DNA of 64,000 nt from Eukaryota sp. GEM-RC1 (GCA_040285855.1 JAUFOQ010000010.1:1364001-1428000); one strand, 5' to 3'; shown: positions 36,156 through 49,159, counted from the first letter of the stretch. Notes: generated from the letters alone by a model not told the origin. Made by a program: numbers and translations.

Positions 36156-36930
36156 CATAGTTACAATTTACAAAATACAGTATTTTTTTTGTATTCTGTA
36201 TTTTTTCTGTATTATGCATTGTATTTTTTCTGGAAAAGTGTATTTGTATTTGTATTTTTTGTATTTTTTTATCAGCCCGAAAATCCCTTTAATTGATGAA
36301 AATGACTGAAATAAATGAGAAACCCCCAACAGCTGATCTTGCTGTTCAATTATACTATTGTTTGGTACAATTGGGCCGAATAATGTTTTAACAACTTGCA
36401 GAAATACAAGTACAATTGGCTGCTGAATTTTCTAAACATTCGAGTACAGTACGTCAAAGGTGGATGCTAAATGAGTACTAAGTGAAACACCGATCAAAGT
36501 CAAGTAACAAAAATTTAGAAACGCTTAATAATGATCATCTCTTTTATATTCTCGAATAAATAAAAACGGGATTAAATTTTTTCTTAATAATGTTAATGTT
36601 CATTCCAAAGAACTGAAAAGTACCAAACCATGAAAGAACAATTGGGTTGATAAATGAAAGGAAGTCTAAGAATGGTACTGAAGAGGTGAACCATGAAAAC
36701 CCTGAAGATCAATCACATTTGCAGTCGTTGGACTCAATAAACTTACAGTCTTCCCTCGGTTTAGTGCCGGTCCAAACAGCGGCACTAAACCGAGGGAAGA
36801 CTGTAGTTAAATACTTGCGATAACAAGAAAAAAATACACTTAATACAGTATTCTGTATTGTATTTTTGTATTCTGTATTTTTGTATTCCGTATTGTATTA
36901 TTTTTTTTGTCCGTGTATTTTGCAACTATG
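36156..36930. mobile_element. hAT-type MITE (775 bp)
   Basis: TIR CATAGTTACAA / TTGCAACTATG, perfect TSD TTAAGAAG, TGTATT arrays, and empty sites at ~43156 and ~55266. Confidence 0.92.
36746..36803. mobile_element. 58-bp pogo/Tc1-like mini-element (perfect hairpin)
   Basis: 24-bp perfect TIR CAGTCTTCCCTCGGTTTAGTGCCG, 10-bp spacer, TA on both sides. Confidence 0.88.
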
Positions 36931-37056
36931 TTAAGAAGACATGGATTGAAGAAGTTTGCCAGATTCAATTCCCCAATGGTGGGTAGCATCTAGAAAGAAC
37001 AGAGCAGATGTGGTGTATAATACAACAGAAATCTGGCTAATAATTTCTTCCTTCAA

Positions 37057-39109
37057 ATGACACATCTTGAATGTTCCGTTTGCGAAGAACTTATGGAGAA
37101 TCCCACTACTCTACCTTGTGGTCACAGCTTTTGCCGTGACAAATGTCTTGTTCAATGGTTAAAACAGAAAGAAGCGTCATCTTGTCCCGTATGTCGGGAG
37201 CCAATACCTTCCGCGCCTCTCCGTATTAACATCGCTTTACGAGAAGCTATCGAAATTGCTAAAAACTCAAAGCAAGATGCGGCCATCTGTTTTGAATGTG
37301 AAGAAGCTCCCGCCACTCTCTTCTGTGCTGACTGTAATGCCCATCACTGTGAAGAATGTTCCTCTGTTGTTCACAGGTTGAAAACGCTCCGATCCCACTC
37401 AGTTGTTCCTATCAACCAAAAACCCACCATCTCTTCCTCTAAATGCCCTCGCCACCCCTCTAAACCTCTCGAACACTTCTGTACCAAGTGTTTGGTATCC
37501 TTATGCGACTCATGTGGACTTTTAATGGGTCACGCTAAACACTGTGAGGAATTAATTCCTCTTTCACAAGCCAAAGAGGACTTTGAACTCCAAGTCAAAG
37601 AGCTCCACCTCTCTTTGTCCAACGCAACTTCAAAAGTCTCTGGAAATAAAGAAGAAGTAGAAAAGGTTGTTGCTGAAGTTCTTGTCAATACTCAGACAAT
37701 TCTTTATGATTTGATCAACAACTTGGTTAGAGAATCATCTCAAAAGATTGTTGATCTTGGTACTGGAAATAGCGTGAGTTGTGCTCTAACTTTTGACGAA
37801 GAATTGAGAGACAAAGGTAATGAGTTGATTGAAAATGCTTTAGAGGTGTTAAAAAGCTTTCAACAATCGTTCAATGAAAGCTTTGAATTCATTGAAGAAA
37901 CTGCAAACTCTTTTCATTTGAAATTGTTGTCCAAATTGGTGAAGAAAGATTTAGTTGATGTTGAAAAGTTTGATGTGTCTGCAAAATTTAAGAAGATTTT
38001 AAAAATTGCTCAAATTTCTGATGATTTTTCTATCAATTTCTCAGAATTACAAGGACTTGTGGTAATTGAAATTCCTCAAGACTTAAAACTCAAATTATTG
38101 AATAATTTCATCAATAACTCTGAAACTATTTCAATTTCTCAATTTAATTGTATTAAAGAAATTAACCCTGAATTAACCAATTTAATGGTTGAAAAACTAG
38201 AGTTTAATTCACTTACTGAAGAAGAATTTCTTGCTCTGGTTGGTACTTTTATTGAACTTTCCAATGAAGAATTGTTGTCAAAAGTAATCAATAATTTCTC
38301 TTTCGAAAGGGTTCCCGAAATTCCAGTTATTCATGGCAATCTATTATCAAGAATCAGTTTAGATAATGTTTCCAAATCAAAACAGGGAAATTTGGTTGGA
38401 AAAAGTTATTATCAGAAATCTTGTTGGAGATGAAATTCAAGTAATTGGTAGAAAATTCTTGGGTAGGGAGATTACTTTAAGAACAATCAATGTTGGAGTT
38501 TGGGTTTGGAGTGAACCATTTTTGGGTGATCTCACTGAAAAAATTAAAAAAGGTTTTGCTGAAAATTGGGGAAATGTTGATCTTTCAATTAATTCATTCA
38601 CCAGTAAAGTTCAAAGCTTTGAAGAACTTGAAAACTATGATGTTTTAGTTGTTGAAAGTTATAATTCTTGTCCTTGTCCAGGTCAATTTCTTGACCAGTT
38701 TTTAAACCAAGGTAAGGGTGTGGTTTTGTTTAATTGGTATCCAAATCGGATTCAAGGAGGATTTAGTAATTCTTGTTTCATTGGAGGTGGTGATTGTCAC
38801 TATCTTACCAATCAACGAGACCAACTTGACATGGTAAAAACTCTACCAAATGATCCTATTTTTCTTAATGTAAACAGTTTTTCTACTAACTTTGGTTTTA
38901 CAACTCAAAAGTCTGTTAATGGAACTCTATTAGCTACCGTTAATTCTGGAATTCCTTTAATTGCCAAGAAAGAAGTTGGTGGATTCAGACTTGTAGAGTT
39001 TGGGTTTCTTAGTTACTCTAGTAATGCTGGTAGTGCGGGTTGGTCAAGTTCAACTGATGGACACAAGTTGTTTGCTAATTCTATTATTTGGGTTAATAAA
39101 ATGGTTTAA
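37057..39109 (+). CDS. TRIM-like family copy D (one extra C at ~38372 relative to copy F)
   Basis: Full architecture. Nearly identical to intact copy F from ~37500 onward except GTTTCCAAATC versus GTTTCAAATC. Confidence 0.85.
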
Positions 39110-39877
39110 AATTTAAATATTTTTCAATCAGAAATTATAATTCACAGACTATTTTAATTTTCGCAATTTTTAAAGAAGAATACATCATCATTTTACGTTA
39201 AAGCGGTTTTTGAGCTGAACTTTTAGATATTGAGCAACTTGACCACGTCTACGAGTGTATCACACTCACGGAGTATGTTTAATAGCTGCGATATACTTAA
39301 TAGATTGTTACAGGTGAGGCTGTGTTAGGTGTCCATATCGGAGTACTGTTCTATTTGTTTGATGTTCCCTACAAAGTAGGACATTGTGGGAAAAGTTGAA
39401 AATTTAACCTGTATATAGTCTCTTTTAGAGCCAAGGTTTACAATAATGATTAGACAAGTAGGCTGATTATTTGAACTGACATCATCAAAATTGGGAAAAT
39501 TTGTACTGATGACATTAAATACAAATAAGAGAAGGATCATAGTTTAGAATCTATGAAATATTCACTTTCAGCAATGTTTATAATTTTTGTAACAGGACCT
39601 TTTTAATGTAATAAATTCTGTGTTATACCTTTATTTTTATTTGCATTCAGTTTCTCTGTGGAATCAACTGACAATGTTCAACGTCCCCATTCATTTATCA
39701 CATCATACTGTACGTGATGAGGTCTGATTGTCAACTTCTATTTGAATTTTAATCTACACTAACAATTTGTATCGATATTGGTCAGAATTCCTTTCTCAGG
39801 TCCGTGTAGAAGCAGTAAGAAGAGGCTGAAAAACAAATTGAGTAACACAACTACTAGTAGAAGGATTTTTTTTTAAA

Positions 39878-40515
39878 TTGCATTCTCCATGTCTTTGTGG
39901 TCGCTCAACGGCTTCAAATTTTCATCATTTAGTTAACTGCCATCAATTTATTCATTTTCGATCAATAATCCACAACAGTATCCGGGATACATGTTTGGAT
40001 ATGTTTAAGGCTAATGGTTTTCATGGAAAAATTAAACCTTCACTTTCTAATCTTTCTGATCAGCCAAAAGTTGATAGAAGTCGTGGTGATTTGATTGGTC
40101 CTTGGTTATCTTGTCAGGAAATGATCATGGATTTCACGACTGTTGATCCTTGTAATTCAAGATCAATTTCCAAAAATTTTGATGATGATTTTTCTGCTCT
40201 TGAAGTGGCTGAAAAAGGAAAAAATACAAAGTACTGTCACTTCATTAACCAATTGAATGTTGACAGGTACAATTCTTTGTGTTTCAACCTTTTGCGATGT
40301 CGATATACGGTAATATTGGACCAGCTGCACAAGATTTTTCAACTTCCTTTGGTAAATTGTGTTCTGAGTACGGTAAAGCTTTGAATCAAAATTTCTGGTT
40401 GAGTAGATTAACGTTTGCATTGCAATGCACATATAGTTTAATTCAATTTTTAGGTAAGTTGTTCGGTGATGGACAGAAGGATCATAGTTTAGATACTTTA
40501 GTTAGTGTCTGTTAG
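39878..40515 (+). pseudogene. Non-LTR retrotransposon 3' fragment (Zn knuckle plus restriction-like endonuclease)
   Basis: CLCG..HHLVNC, HNSIRD, RGDL..DFT, AEKGKNTKY and FQPFAMSIYGNIG motifs; frameshifted. Confidence 0.75.
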
Positions 40516-41262
40516 ATATTGTTTTCTGAAAAAGCCTTTATTTCACTGATTGATCATTTTTTTACAATTGATTCTGTTGATGACATTGTTGAAGATGTGA
40601 TGCTGAAAATGACACATGATAAGTATCAATGTGATATTTGTTTATAGATACATTTCATATGTTTTGTTTGTTGTTTTATTTTCGGTAACTGACTGGGTTG
40701 AAATGCTGTAATGCATCAACTACGAATTTTAAACCATGGATAGTGATGGACACAACCAAGAATGTGTGGTCAATTTGATTTGATTTAATTTGTGACAGAA
40801 GTACAACATTGGGATTGGTATACAAATAATTGAAAAGTGAGATAATTGCTTGGTATCTATTTGTGCCTTTAATTAAAGGTATTTAAATGTTTTTACACAT
40901 AACCATGCTATGAAAACACTTTTGTTTGTCCAATATTGCAATCATCAACATTTATAACTTTACTCTGAACCATTTCCTTGTTCTTCCCTTCGGTTTGTTG
41001 GAACACTCATTTTTCTTGTGATCTTCAATTCTACATCCTCCACATGGTTGATTGAACACCAAGATTGGATCTATGTGTAAGTCTCAGAATATACGATTCA
41101 ACGATTCAATTTATAGTCGTTTGATTTATTCTTTTAGAAAGTTAAAAAGTAAAACCAGAAAAGAAATGAATGAATGTTTTTGTCCATGGAGATGGGCTTT
41201 GTCAGAGAGGAAGAAAGTGAAGACGATTAATATTTTGAACTTCAAACCCTAAATACCTAGTA

Positions 41263-41321
41263 CAGTCAGGTTCCTATAATTTCAACCCTATCCGGACCTT
41301 GAAATTACAGGAACCTGACTG
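41263..41321. mobile_element. 59-bp pogo/Tc1-like mini-element
   Basis: 23-bp TIR CAGTCAGGTTCCT(A/G)TAATTTCAA with TA on both flanks; duplicated at ~53368-53426. Confidence 0.85.
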
Positions 41322-41850
41322 TACTTGATACTTCGAATTTTGAAGTATCCTTGTACTAGGTATTTAGGGTATTCAGGTAGGTATTGGTTATTGTTATTCA
41401 CAAAATCAGGTATCCACAACTATGGTTGCTATCAATCAACTTAGCGAAATCAGCATACTAGTATCAATGCACTGACTCAAATGCAATAATTTGAGTTATT
41501 AAGCCAGCCTATAAGCCTTCTGGCCAGAGGTGGATGGCTGGGATGAGAGTGGTAAACAATATGTTAACTACACTTACATTCTATTGAATGTTTTAAGGCT
41601 ATCTTCATTATCGTACTTCAATGCACCCGTTGTGTATCATATTTGAACATAAAACGATTTTGTTAGGTTGTAAAATACTTCTATTTGTGAGAAAGAACAA
41701 TTTCTTTCTACATGTACAATGTACATTCTTGTTCTACTAAACTATGAATAACACTGATGATAACGATGACAACAGTTGTCCTTTACCATCTTCTCCGCCA
41801 TACAACAAAACAACGTCTCGGGCATGGGAGTATTACTTAGAACTTAGAGA

Positions 41851-41997
41851 TCCATCCAGGCTACATCCGTACCTTGCGAAAGACTGTTCTCAGAAGCTGG
41901 AGAAGTTCTGAGAGCAAGAAGAAATCGCCTCACACCTGTGAACACTCAAGTACTTTTGTGCTTAAAGTCCTGGACTAAAGCAGGCTTTGAGTTGTAA
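41851..41997 (+). pseudogene. hAT transposase dimerisation-domain relic
   Basis: Translates SIQATSVPCERLFSEAGEVLRARRNRLTP..LCLKSW; not in the supplied ORF track. Confidence 0.85.
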
Positions 41998-43303
41998 TAT
42001 AGATCAAATAGGTGCTCATCCACCTTAATGTCTGATTTCAGTTTTTGATGAGTTTCTGAAATAAAAAATGATGTATAAGATGTGTATACACTGTAGCTCT
42101 TACCACTTGTACGTGGAATGATGTTGATATGTACTTTCGCTAGAATTTCAAGTATTCAGAGCGAATTTCCCACACAACGGAAGTATCAGACCATGTGATT
42201 CAAAGGAGATTTCATGGCTATAAAGCAAGAAGTGTTGGTCAGTGACAGTTGAATTCTTTGTCAGTGCAGTGCAATGGACAGAACAAGACCAGGACAGGAT
42301 GGAGCTCAAGTGATGAATAGAGCCGATTAGAGGTCAAAAGCAACAGAATGTTGGGAGTGTTAACTATTAGATGCGAAATATGTGTTATGATTGGCCATGA
42401 CAGAAGACCACACTGTTGTCAATGCAAAGAGTTGAAGAGCTATTGTAGATGCACTGTAAAGAAATGTTGTATATAGAGTTGTATACATAGAGTTGTATAA
42501 AGAGACTTCTGTGGAAAGAAAGAAGAAAAAGTTGTCACACGAGGAACTAATCTGACACACTGTGGTGTTTTCTTAAAGGTCTGGTCTGTAGTCTGTTGGA
42601 ACAGACTTGGTCTGTAAGTCTGAAGGTCCGACCTTTGCCCATCACTAATTGTACTACACCACTTTTATATTTAGTACTCTTCAGAAACAAGAGTTATATC
42701 TGAAAACATATTTATATATGGAATGTGCCAAAACATACTACAGTACAGTACTATGGGATATCAGATGCTCTACATCTAACAAGAGTTCATTCAATAGCTC
42801 ATTGATTGTCTCGTCTGCTCCCATGTTTTGGGTCAAAACAATACTTTAAACTTGACTATAATTCCACCAAATTTAAGTTAAAAGTGGTGGAATCATATAA
42901 AAGACCACAAAAACAATCTGGAGAACACAATCTTGGGGTGACTTAAATTCTACCGTCTCTTACTCATCCATTGAAAACTTGTGGAAGTTCAAATTAACTT
43001 GTTGAGTATAAAGTATAAATGACAATATTTTACAGTAAAACCCGCAGATTCAGTTATACACTTTTCCATTTGATAAGCAAATACGGACTTTCAGGTGTTG
43101 TTAAATACAATGTATAATTAATGAGTCTAAGTACATATCGATGTTACTTACAGTATTAAAAGGGTTTGCATTAAAGAAGTTTGCCAGATCTAATTCCCCA
43201 ATGGTGGGTATCATCTAGATTTAACAGAGCAGATGTGGTCTATAAACATGTATACTCATGGTTCATATATAGTAGTGGAAATCTGGCTATAATTTCGTCC
43301 TTC

Positions 43304-45377
43304 CATCTTGAATGCTCCGTATGCGAAGAATTAATGGAGAATCCCACCACGCTTCCGTGTGGTCACAGTTTTGCCGTGACAAATGTCTTGTACAATGGTT
43401 AAAACAGAAAGAAGCGGCATCTTGTCCCGTTTGTCGGGAGCCAATACCTTCCGCGCCTCTCCGTGTAAACATCGCTCTGCGAGAAGCTATTGAAATTGCT
43501 AAAAACTCAAAGCAAGATGTGGTCATCTGTTTTGAATGTGAAGAAGCTCCCGCCACTCTTTTCTGTGCTGACTGTGATGCTCATCACTGTGAAGAATGCT
43601 CATCTCTTATTCATCGACCAAAGACCTTACGATCCCACTCAGTTGTTCCTATCAACCAAAAACCCACAATCTCTTCCTTCAAATGCCCTCGGCACCCCTC
43701 TAAACCTCTCGAACACTTCTGCACTAAGTGTTTGGTATCTATATGTGACTCATGTGGACTTTTAATGGGTCACGCTAAACACTGTGAGGAATTAATTCCT
43801 CTTTCACAAGCCAAAGAGGACTTTGAACTCCAAGTCAAAGAGCTCCACCTCTCTTTATCCAACGCAACTTCTAAAGTCTCTGGAAATAAAGAAGAAGTAG
43901 AAAAGGTTGTTGCTGAAGTTCTCGTCAATACTCAAACAATTCTTTATGACTTGATCAACAACTTGGTTAGAGAATCATCTCAAAAGATTGTTGATCTTAC
44001 TACTGGAAATACCGTTAGTGGTGCTCTAACTTTTGACAAAGAGTTGAGAGAAAAAGGTAATGAATTTATTGAAAATGCTTTAGAGGTGTTAAAGAACTTT
44101 AAACAATCATTCAATGAAAGCTTTGAATTCATTGAAGAAAATGCAAAGTCCTTTCATTTGAAGTTGTTGTCCAAATTGGTGAAGAAAGATTTAGTTGATG
44201 TTGATATGTTTGATGTGTATGCAAAATTTGACCTTGAAATGTTTGATGCGTCTTCAAAATCTAAGGAAATTTTAAAAATTGCTCAAATTTCTGATGATTT
44301 CTCTATAAATTTCTCAGAACTACAAGAACTAGTGGAAATTGAAATTCCTCATGAATTGAAACTCAAATTATTGAATAATTTCATCAATAACTCTCAAACT
44401 ATTTCAATTTCTCAATTCAATTGGATTAAAGAACTTAACCCCGAATTAACCAATTTAATGTTTGAAAAACTAGATCTTAATTCACTAACTGAAGAAGAAT
44501 TTCTTGCTCTAGTTGGTACTTTTATTGAACATTGCAATGTAGAATTGTTGTCAAAAGTAATCAATAATTTCTCATTCGAAAGTGTTCCCGAAATTCCAGT
44601 TATTCCTGGTAATTTATTATCAAAAATTAATTTAGATATGCTTTCAAATCAAAACAGGGAAATTTGGTTGGAAAAAGTTATTCTTAAAAATCTTTGTGGA
44701 GATAAAATTCAAGTAATTGGTGGAAAATTCTTGGGTAGGGAGATTTCTTTAAGAATTAATGTTGGAGTTTGGGTTCATCATAGACCCTATTTAAATGATC
44801 TCACTGACAAAATTAAAAAAGGATTTGCTGAAAATTGGGGAAATGTTAATCTTTCAATTAATTCATTCACTAGCCATGTTCAAAGCTTTGAAGAACTTGA
44901 AAACTATGATGTTTTAGTTGTTGAAAGTAGTGGTTGGCCTTGTCCAGGTCAATTTCTTGACCTGTTTTTAAACCAAGGTAAGGGTTTAGTTTTGTTTTGT
45001 CGTAATCCAAGTAATATTCAAGGAGGATTTAGTAATTCTTGTTTCAATGGAGGTGATGATGGTAGTTATCTTACCAATCAACAAACCCAACATAACATGG
45101 TAACAACTCTACCAAATGATCCTATTTTTCTTAATGTAAACAGATTTTCAACTAACTATGGTTATAAAACTCAAAAGTCTGTTAATGGAACTCTATTAGC
45201 TACTGTTAATTCTGGAATTCCTTTAATTGCAAAGAAAGAAGTTGGTGGAGGTAGACTTGTAGAGTTTGGGTTTTTTGTAGTTCTAGTGACTCTAATCCTG
45301 GTGCTTGTTGGCCAACTTCAACTGATGGACACAAGTTGTTTGCTAATTCTATTATTTGGGTAAATAAAATGGTTTAA
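43304..45377 (+). pseudogene. TRIM-like family copy E (start codon deleted, frameshifts)
   Basis: Lacks AAATGTCT, including the ATG, relative to copy G. It has a 1-bp loss in CACAGTTTTGCC and another in the T run at ~45271. Confidence 0.82.
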
Positions 45378-46122
45378 AATTTAAATATATGTATATCATT
45401 AATTCTCGTTCGCAGTCTATTCAAACTTTCTTGAGGTTTTTCGAGAAGACATCATCCTTCTACATTAAAGCAGTTTTTGAGCTGGACGTTCAGATATTGA
45501 GCAACTTGATCACGTCTACGAGTATCACACTCACGGTGTATGTCTAATAGCTGCGATATACTTAATAGATTGTTACAGGAGAGGCTTTGTTAGGTGTCCA
45601 TATCACAGTACTGTTCTATTTGCTCTTTGTTCCCTACACGATAGGACATTATGGGGAAAGTTGTAAGTTTAACCTGTAAATAGTAATAGTCTCTTTTAAA
45701 ACAAAGGTTTAGAATAATGATTAGTCTAGTTGGCTGATTATTTGAACTGACATCATCAAAATTTTGAAAATTTGTACTGATGACATTAAATACCAATAAG
45801 ATAAAAAAAATTTGTTGTGTGGTTTTCTCCGCACATAAATCCGCTTTTGAATACAATTCATAAAACATCAGAACAGATAATGTATGTTGAACATCACACA
45901 GTTTTTAAACAGCTCAATGATAGTTGACCTAATAAATTTGGGCATCAATCGAAACAATCAATTAACAACTGTAAATCCATCTCACCAATACTACCAAAAT
46001 AGACTGAGTATATTTAAACAAACTGTCAAAAACAACAACATTCAAAACTAAATAAAAAACCTAAAATATCACATTATTTATCAAAAACGATCCAAAAATT
46101 GAGCAACAAACAAACAAAACAT

Positions 46123-48081
46123 CTATATTAACAATCCTTGTTGGCCCATCCGTTCCTTCTCAAGTCTATCCTCCTTCATCTCCTTGAGTTTAAACGCTCC
46201 TATACAAGAACTAAACACAACCAACAAAGTAACAATACCATAGGCAACATACAGTACATTATCACTTGGTACCGAATAAAGCAACATCTGCCAATGGGAA
46301 GGCTCAGAAGCAGGCACAGGGAACACGTAAACAAGAGTGTTGGGCATTAGAGTCATCCAAGAGATTGAATAGTCCTTTCGAGTACTGTAGAGACCATTGG
46401 GAATACCTAAGAACAACTCATCAATATAAGTAGCAATGGTACCTAGACCAAAGTAGCCAAAAGGAAGTTGCAATGAGTTGTGTGATTGTTGATTGAACAA
46501 GGTATCACCGTGAACAATGATGCTGCTATCGAAATCCAAGAGTCTGAACTTGAAGGTAGTACCAACGGCATTAACACCAAAAGGTTTGGGGTTTGGTAGT
46601 CTTGGTAAAGGTGAGGCGCACCACTGATGGCACACCCCGTTACCAGCCAAAGTTGCCAAGAAAAAAGCGGAATTGTCAATAGAATTCTCCAGACCAACCA
46701 ATGAAGGTTTATCCCCGTCTAATTCTACTAACAAGTCCAATGCTCCATTGTTTCCAAAATCAAAGAATCCTGCCCTTTTGGCTGGTTTCTGAGAGGTTAA
46801 CAAAGAGAGATCGTTGGAAGCAAGGCCAAGAGATCGTTGATGGTGAACGTCTTTAGGTGTGCTGCATTCAGCAAGAGATCTGTTGGTGTTACATGCAACG
46901 TTTTCAATTATAGTGAAATATTTTAAATTTTCGTCGTCTTTTAGGGGTAGAAGTAGGTCTGAGAAACCATCACTATTGTAATCACCTGCGGCTAGTAGAT
47001 CTCCACTTGGATTATCAAGAGTCAATAATGAAGAAAATTTAAAATCTGTGGGTAAATCAATATTAATCCAATGAGTATGGTCCAGGTTAGATTCCTTTCT
47101 ATCAAATCCGATTTGATAATCCTTGTCAATCAAACAAAGATTATTGGAAGGTCTACAGTCCTTCTGAGTGCGTATATCCAATCGTAGATCCTGACACAAA
47201 GGCATTTGACTGTTATACAAGATTCTGATTGATGAGTGACCGTCAGGATATCGAATTGGGATCACGAAATCAGGAACCCCGTCTCTATTCCCATCAGAAA
47301 TGATTGGAGCTCCGGAATAACGCGGCAAAACTACAACACGTGATGGCTCAAAATCAAACTCAGTTCGAACAAAGATATTGGCCTGTATACACGTGGCGCT
47401 TTCCTCTTCCAAACACTGGCCCTCAGAGAACAAGACAAGGTCAGCGATACAGTCTCCGTTCATGTCAGTGTAGACGTGGGGAAGGTCTGCCAAGGAGAAG
47501 TCTTCATCGAGCTTTGGGATGATGGTAGAGAGGGGGAGTACGTCAAAGGAGGAACCAGTGTTGTTGATGAAGACAGGTTCACCACTGTCGAGTTGTGCGA
47601 TGAGAGAAGGACGCATAGAGGTGTTGAAGGAGATGACTAGAGGTTGGGTAGCAAGGGGAGGGATAGTGTAGTCGTCAGCGTGGAGGGTTAGGATTGGAGC
47701 ATCTTTGTCTTGTACGTAGAGAGAGGAATGGTAGGAGGAGTTGGGAAGACGAGATGTGAGGAGGAGATCAAGACGGCCGTCTCGATTGAAATCAGTGGGG
47801 ATTCCTGTTGTGTAGTCTGTTTTGGCGATGGTGAAGGAAGATTCTGCTATGCCTTTGAATCCAGATTCAGATTGCAACCATTTTAGTACTTTGATGGTAG
47901 GAGAGTCACCGTATTTGATGACGAAGACATCAGTGGCAAGATCATTGTTGAAGTCACCAAAGGCGAGAAGGGAGTATTTTTCATCACTGAGACCTAGAGA
48001 TTCAGTAGAGTCTTTGAAAGCTGGAAGAGGTCGTGCAAAAAGGAATGGTAGGTACAGTAGAAATACAAGGAACAGTCGCAT
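46123..48081 (-). CDS. ITFG1: T-cell immunomodulatory protein/LINKIN (FG-GAP repeat membrane protein)
   Basis: Signal peptide, AFGDFNND / DFNRDGRLDLL / GDYNSDGFSDL repeats, LQLPFGYFGLGT..YID, and a C-terminal TM followed by KEMKEDRLEK. Confidence 0.9.
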   Translation of the reverse strand: MRLFLVFLLYLPFLFARPLPAFKDSTESLGLSDEKYSLLAFGDFNNDLATDVFVIKYGDSPTIKVLKWLQSESGFKGIAESSFTIAKTDYTTGIPTDFNRDGRLDLLLTSRLPNSSYHSSLYVQDKDAPILTLHADDYTIPPLATQPLVISFNTSMRPSLIAQLDSGEPVFINNTGSSFDVLPLSTIIPKLDEDFSLADLPHVYTDMNGDCIADLVLFSEGQCLEEESATCIQANIFVRTEFDFEPSRVVVLPRYSGAPIISDGNRDGVPDFVIPIRYPDGHSSIRILYNSQMPLCQDLRLDIRTQKDCRPSNNLCLIDKDYQIGFDRKESNLDHTHWINIDLPTDFKFSSLLTLDNPSGDLLAAGDYNSDGFSDLLLPLKDDENLKYFTIIENVACNTNRSLAECSTPKDVHHQRSLGLASNDLSLLTSQKPAKRAGFFDFGNNGALDLLVELDGDKPSLVGLENSIDNSAFFLATLAGNGVCHQWCASPLPRLPNPKPFGVNAVGTTFKFRLLDFDSSIIVHGDTLFNQQSHNSLQLPFGYFGLGTIATYIDELFLGIPNGLYSTRKDYSISWMTLMPNTLVYVFPVPASEPSHWQMLLYSVPSDNVLYVAYGIVTLLVVFSSCIGAFKLKEMKEDRLEKERMGQQGLLI

Positions 48082-49159
48082 CTGAAGAGAGTTTCAGCAA
48101 TCAAAAAGACAATTCTGTTCCCAATTTAAGTGAATCAACTCTGTTCTGCGTGACCAATTCTGCCTCAACACGAAGATATCGATGGGATTCAGCGCCTCTC
48201 AACAATTAATGTATTCGAATAATTGATGCGTGTTCTATTGCTACTACAGCATCCTTTTGTCGATGAGTAGTAGAACTATAAGTCTTTTATGTACGACAAT
48301 CTCTCAGAGAACTACCATTCTACATCAATAAACTGTTATGTTGTCATCTTATGTACAATTTCTATGAACACTTCAACATTTGTGTTTGTATTTCAAACTA
48401 TGCGTATCAACATGAAGGCCTCACCTGTTCTGAAAAATGCGTTAACTCATACAGACTAGATTTACCAAAGTGTCTGACTACGTCAATATATAATAATCCT
48501 ATTTTTAACTCAGTTAAATTAACTGCTAGTGTCAATTTCATAATAGATTTTATACTTCATGTGACCTTTTTGTTACATGGTTCTCCATTCTCTATAGTTT
48601 CTATGTATAAATTCTGTTCCTTGAGTTTTCCCTACCAGTTTCTGATTCGAAAAGATTGTAGAATATAATCACCTACAGTGCTGCTAATAACCAGACGCGT
48701 TGTTGGGAAAATGTAAATTCTTTGGGAAGTTATGTTAAGCTAATGAGTACACCAGGTTTTACTGAATTTGTATCGTTAAATTGCGCTACATCACTGAGAG
48801 TAATCACAGTATAAGTTTATGTGAAATTCACGATTTCTGTTGATACTATAACCTTGTGGTTCTACTAAATTAGATCAAATTCGAACAAAAGATGAACTAT
48901 TCTCACTCCTAACTTCAATTTCTGTTAAATTTCTGTGAATTTCTGAACAGACAAGTTTTGAGACAAACATTTAATTTTGTGATGTTTGGACAGGACGTGA
49001 GATTTGTCTAAAAAGAATGGCACAGTGTGATCTTTAGATAAATGGGAAAATCATGTTCTATATTTACCGCAACAAATAATGACTAATTAGATATATGAAA
49101 AACAGCCTTCCCACAAAATAAAATGTATATCAAAATTTTTTGAAAATTACTTGACATTG

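Larger units (their letters stand above)
34841..37056 (+). repeat. Upstream block shared by TRIM copies D, E and G, here expanded by insertions
   Basis: TTGTACTACACC..CAAAACATACTACAGTACAGTACTATGGG..TTCCCCAATGGTGGGT recurs at 42649-43300 and 54759-55415. This copy has extra inserts at ~35400-36030 and 36156-36930. Confidence 0.85.
37502..44976 (+). repeat. Segmental duplication unit 1 (~7.5 kb)
   Basis: Near-identical to 49605-57095 at an offset of ~12.1 kb, including intergenic DNA. Confidence 0.93.

Noticed and set aside
39325..39540. Small minus-strand ORF recurring after copies D, E and F
   Set aside because: It lies in co-duplicated 3' flank, starts and indels differ between copies, and it has no recognisable domain.
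40741..42647. A single intact hAT bounded by TAGTGATGG..CCATCACTA
   Set aside because: The ends match for only ~9 bp, the flanks ACCATGGA and ATTGTACT are not a TSD, and the interior is a mix of relics.
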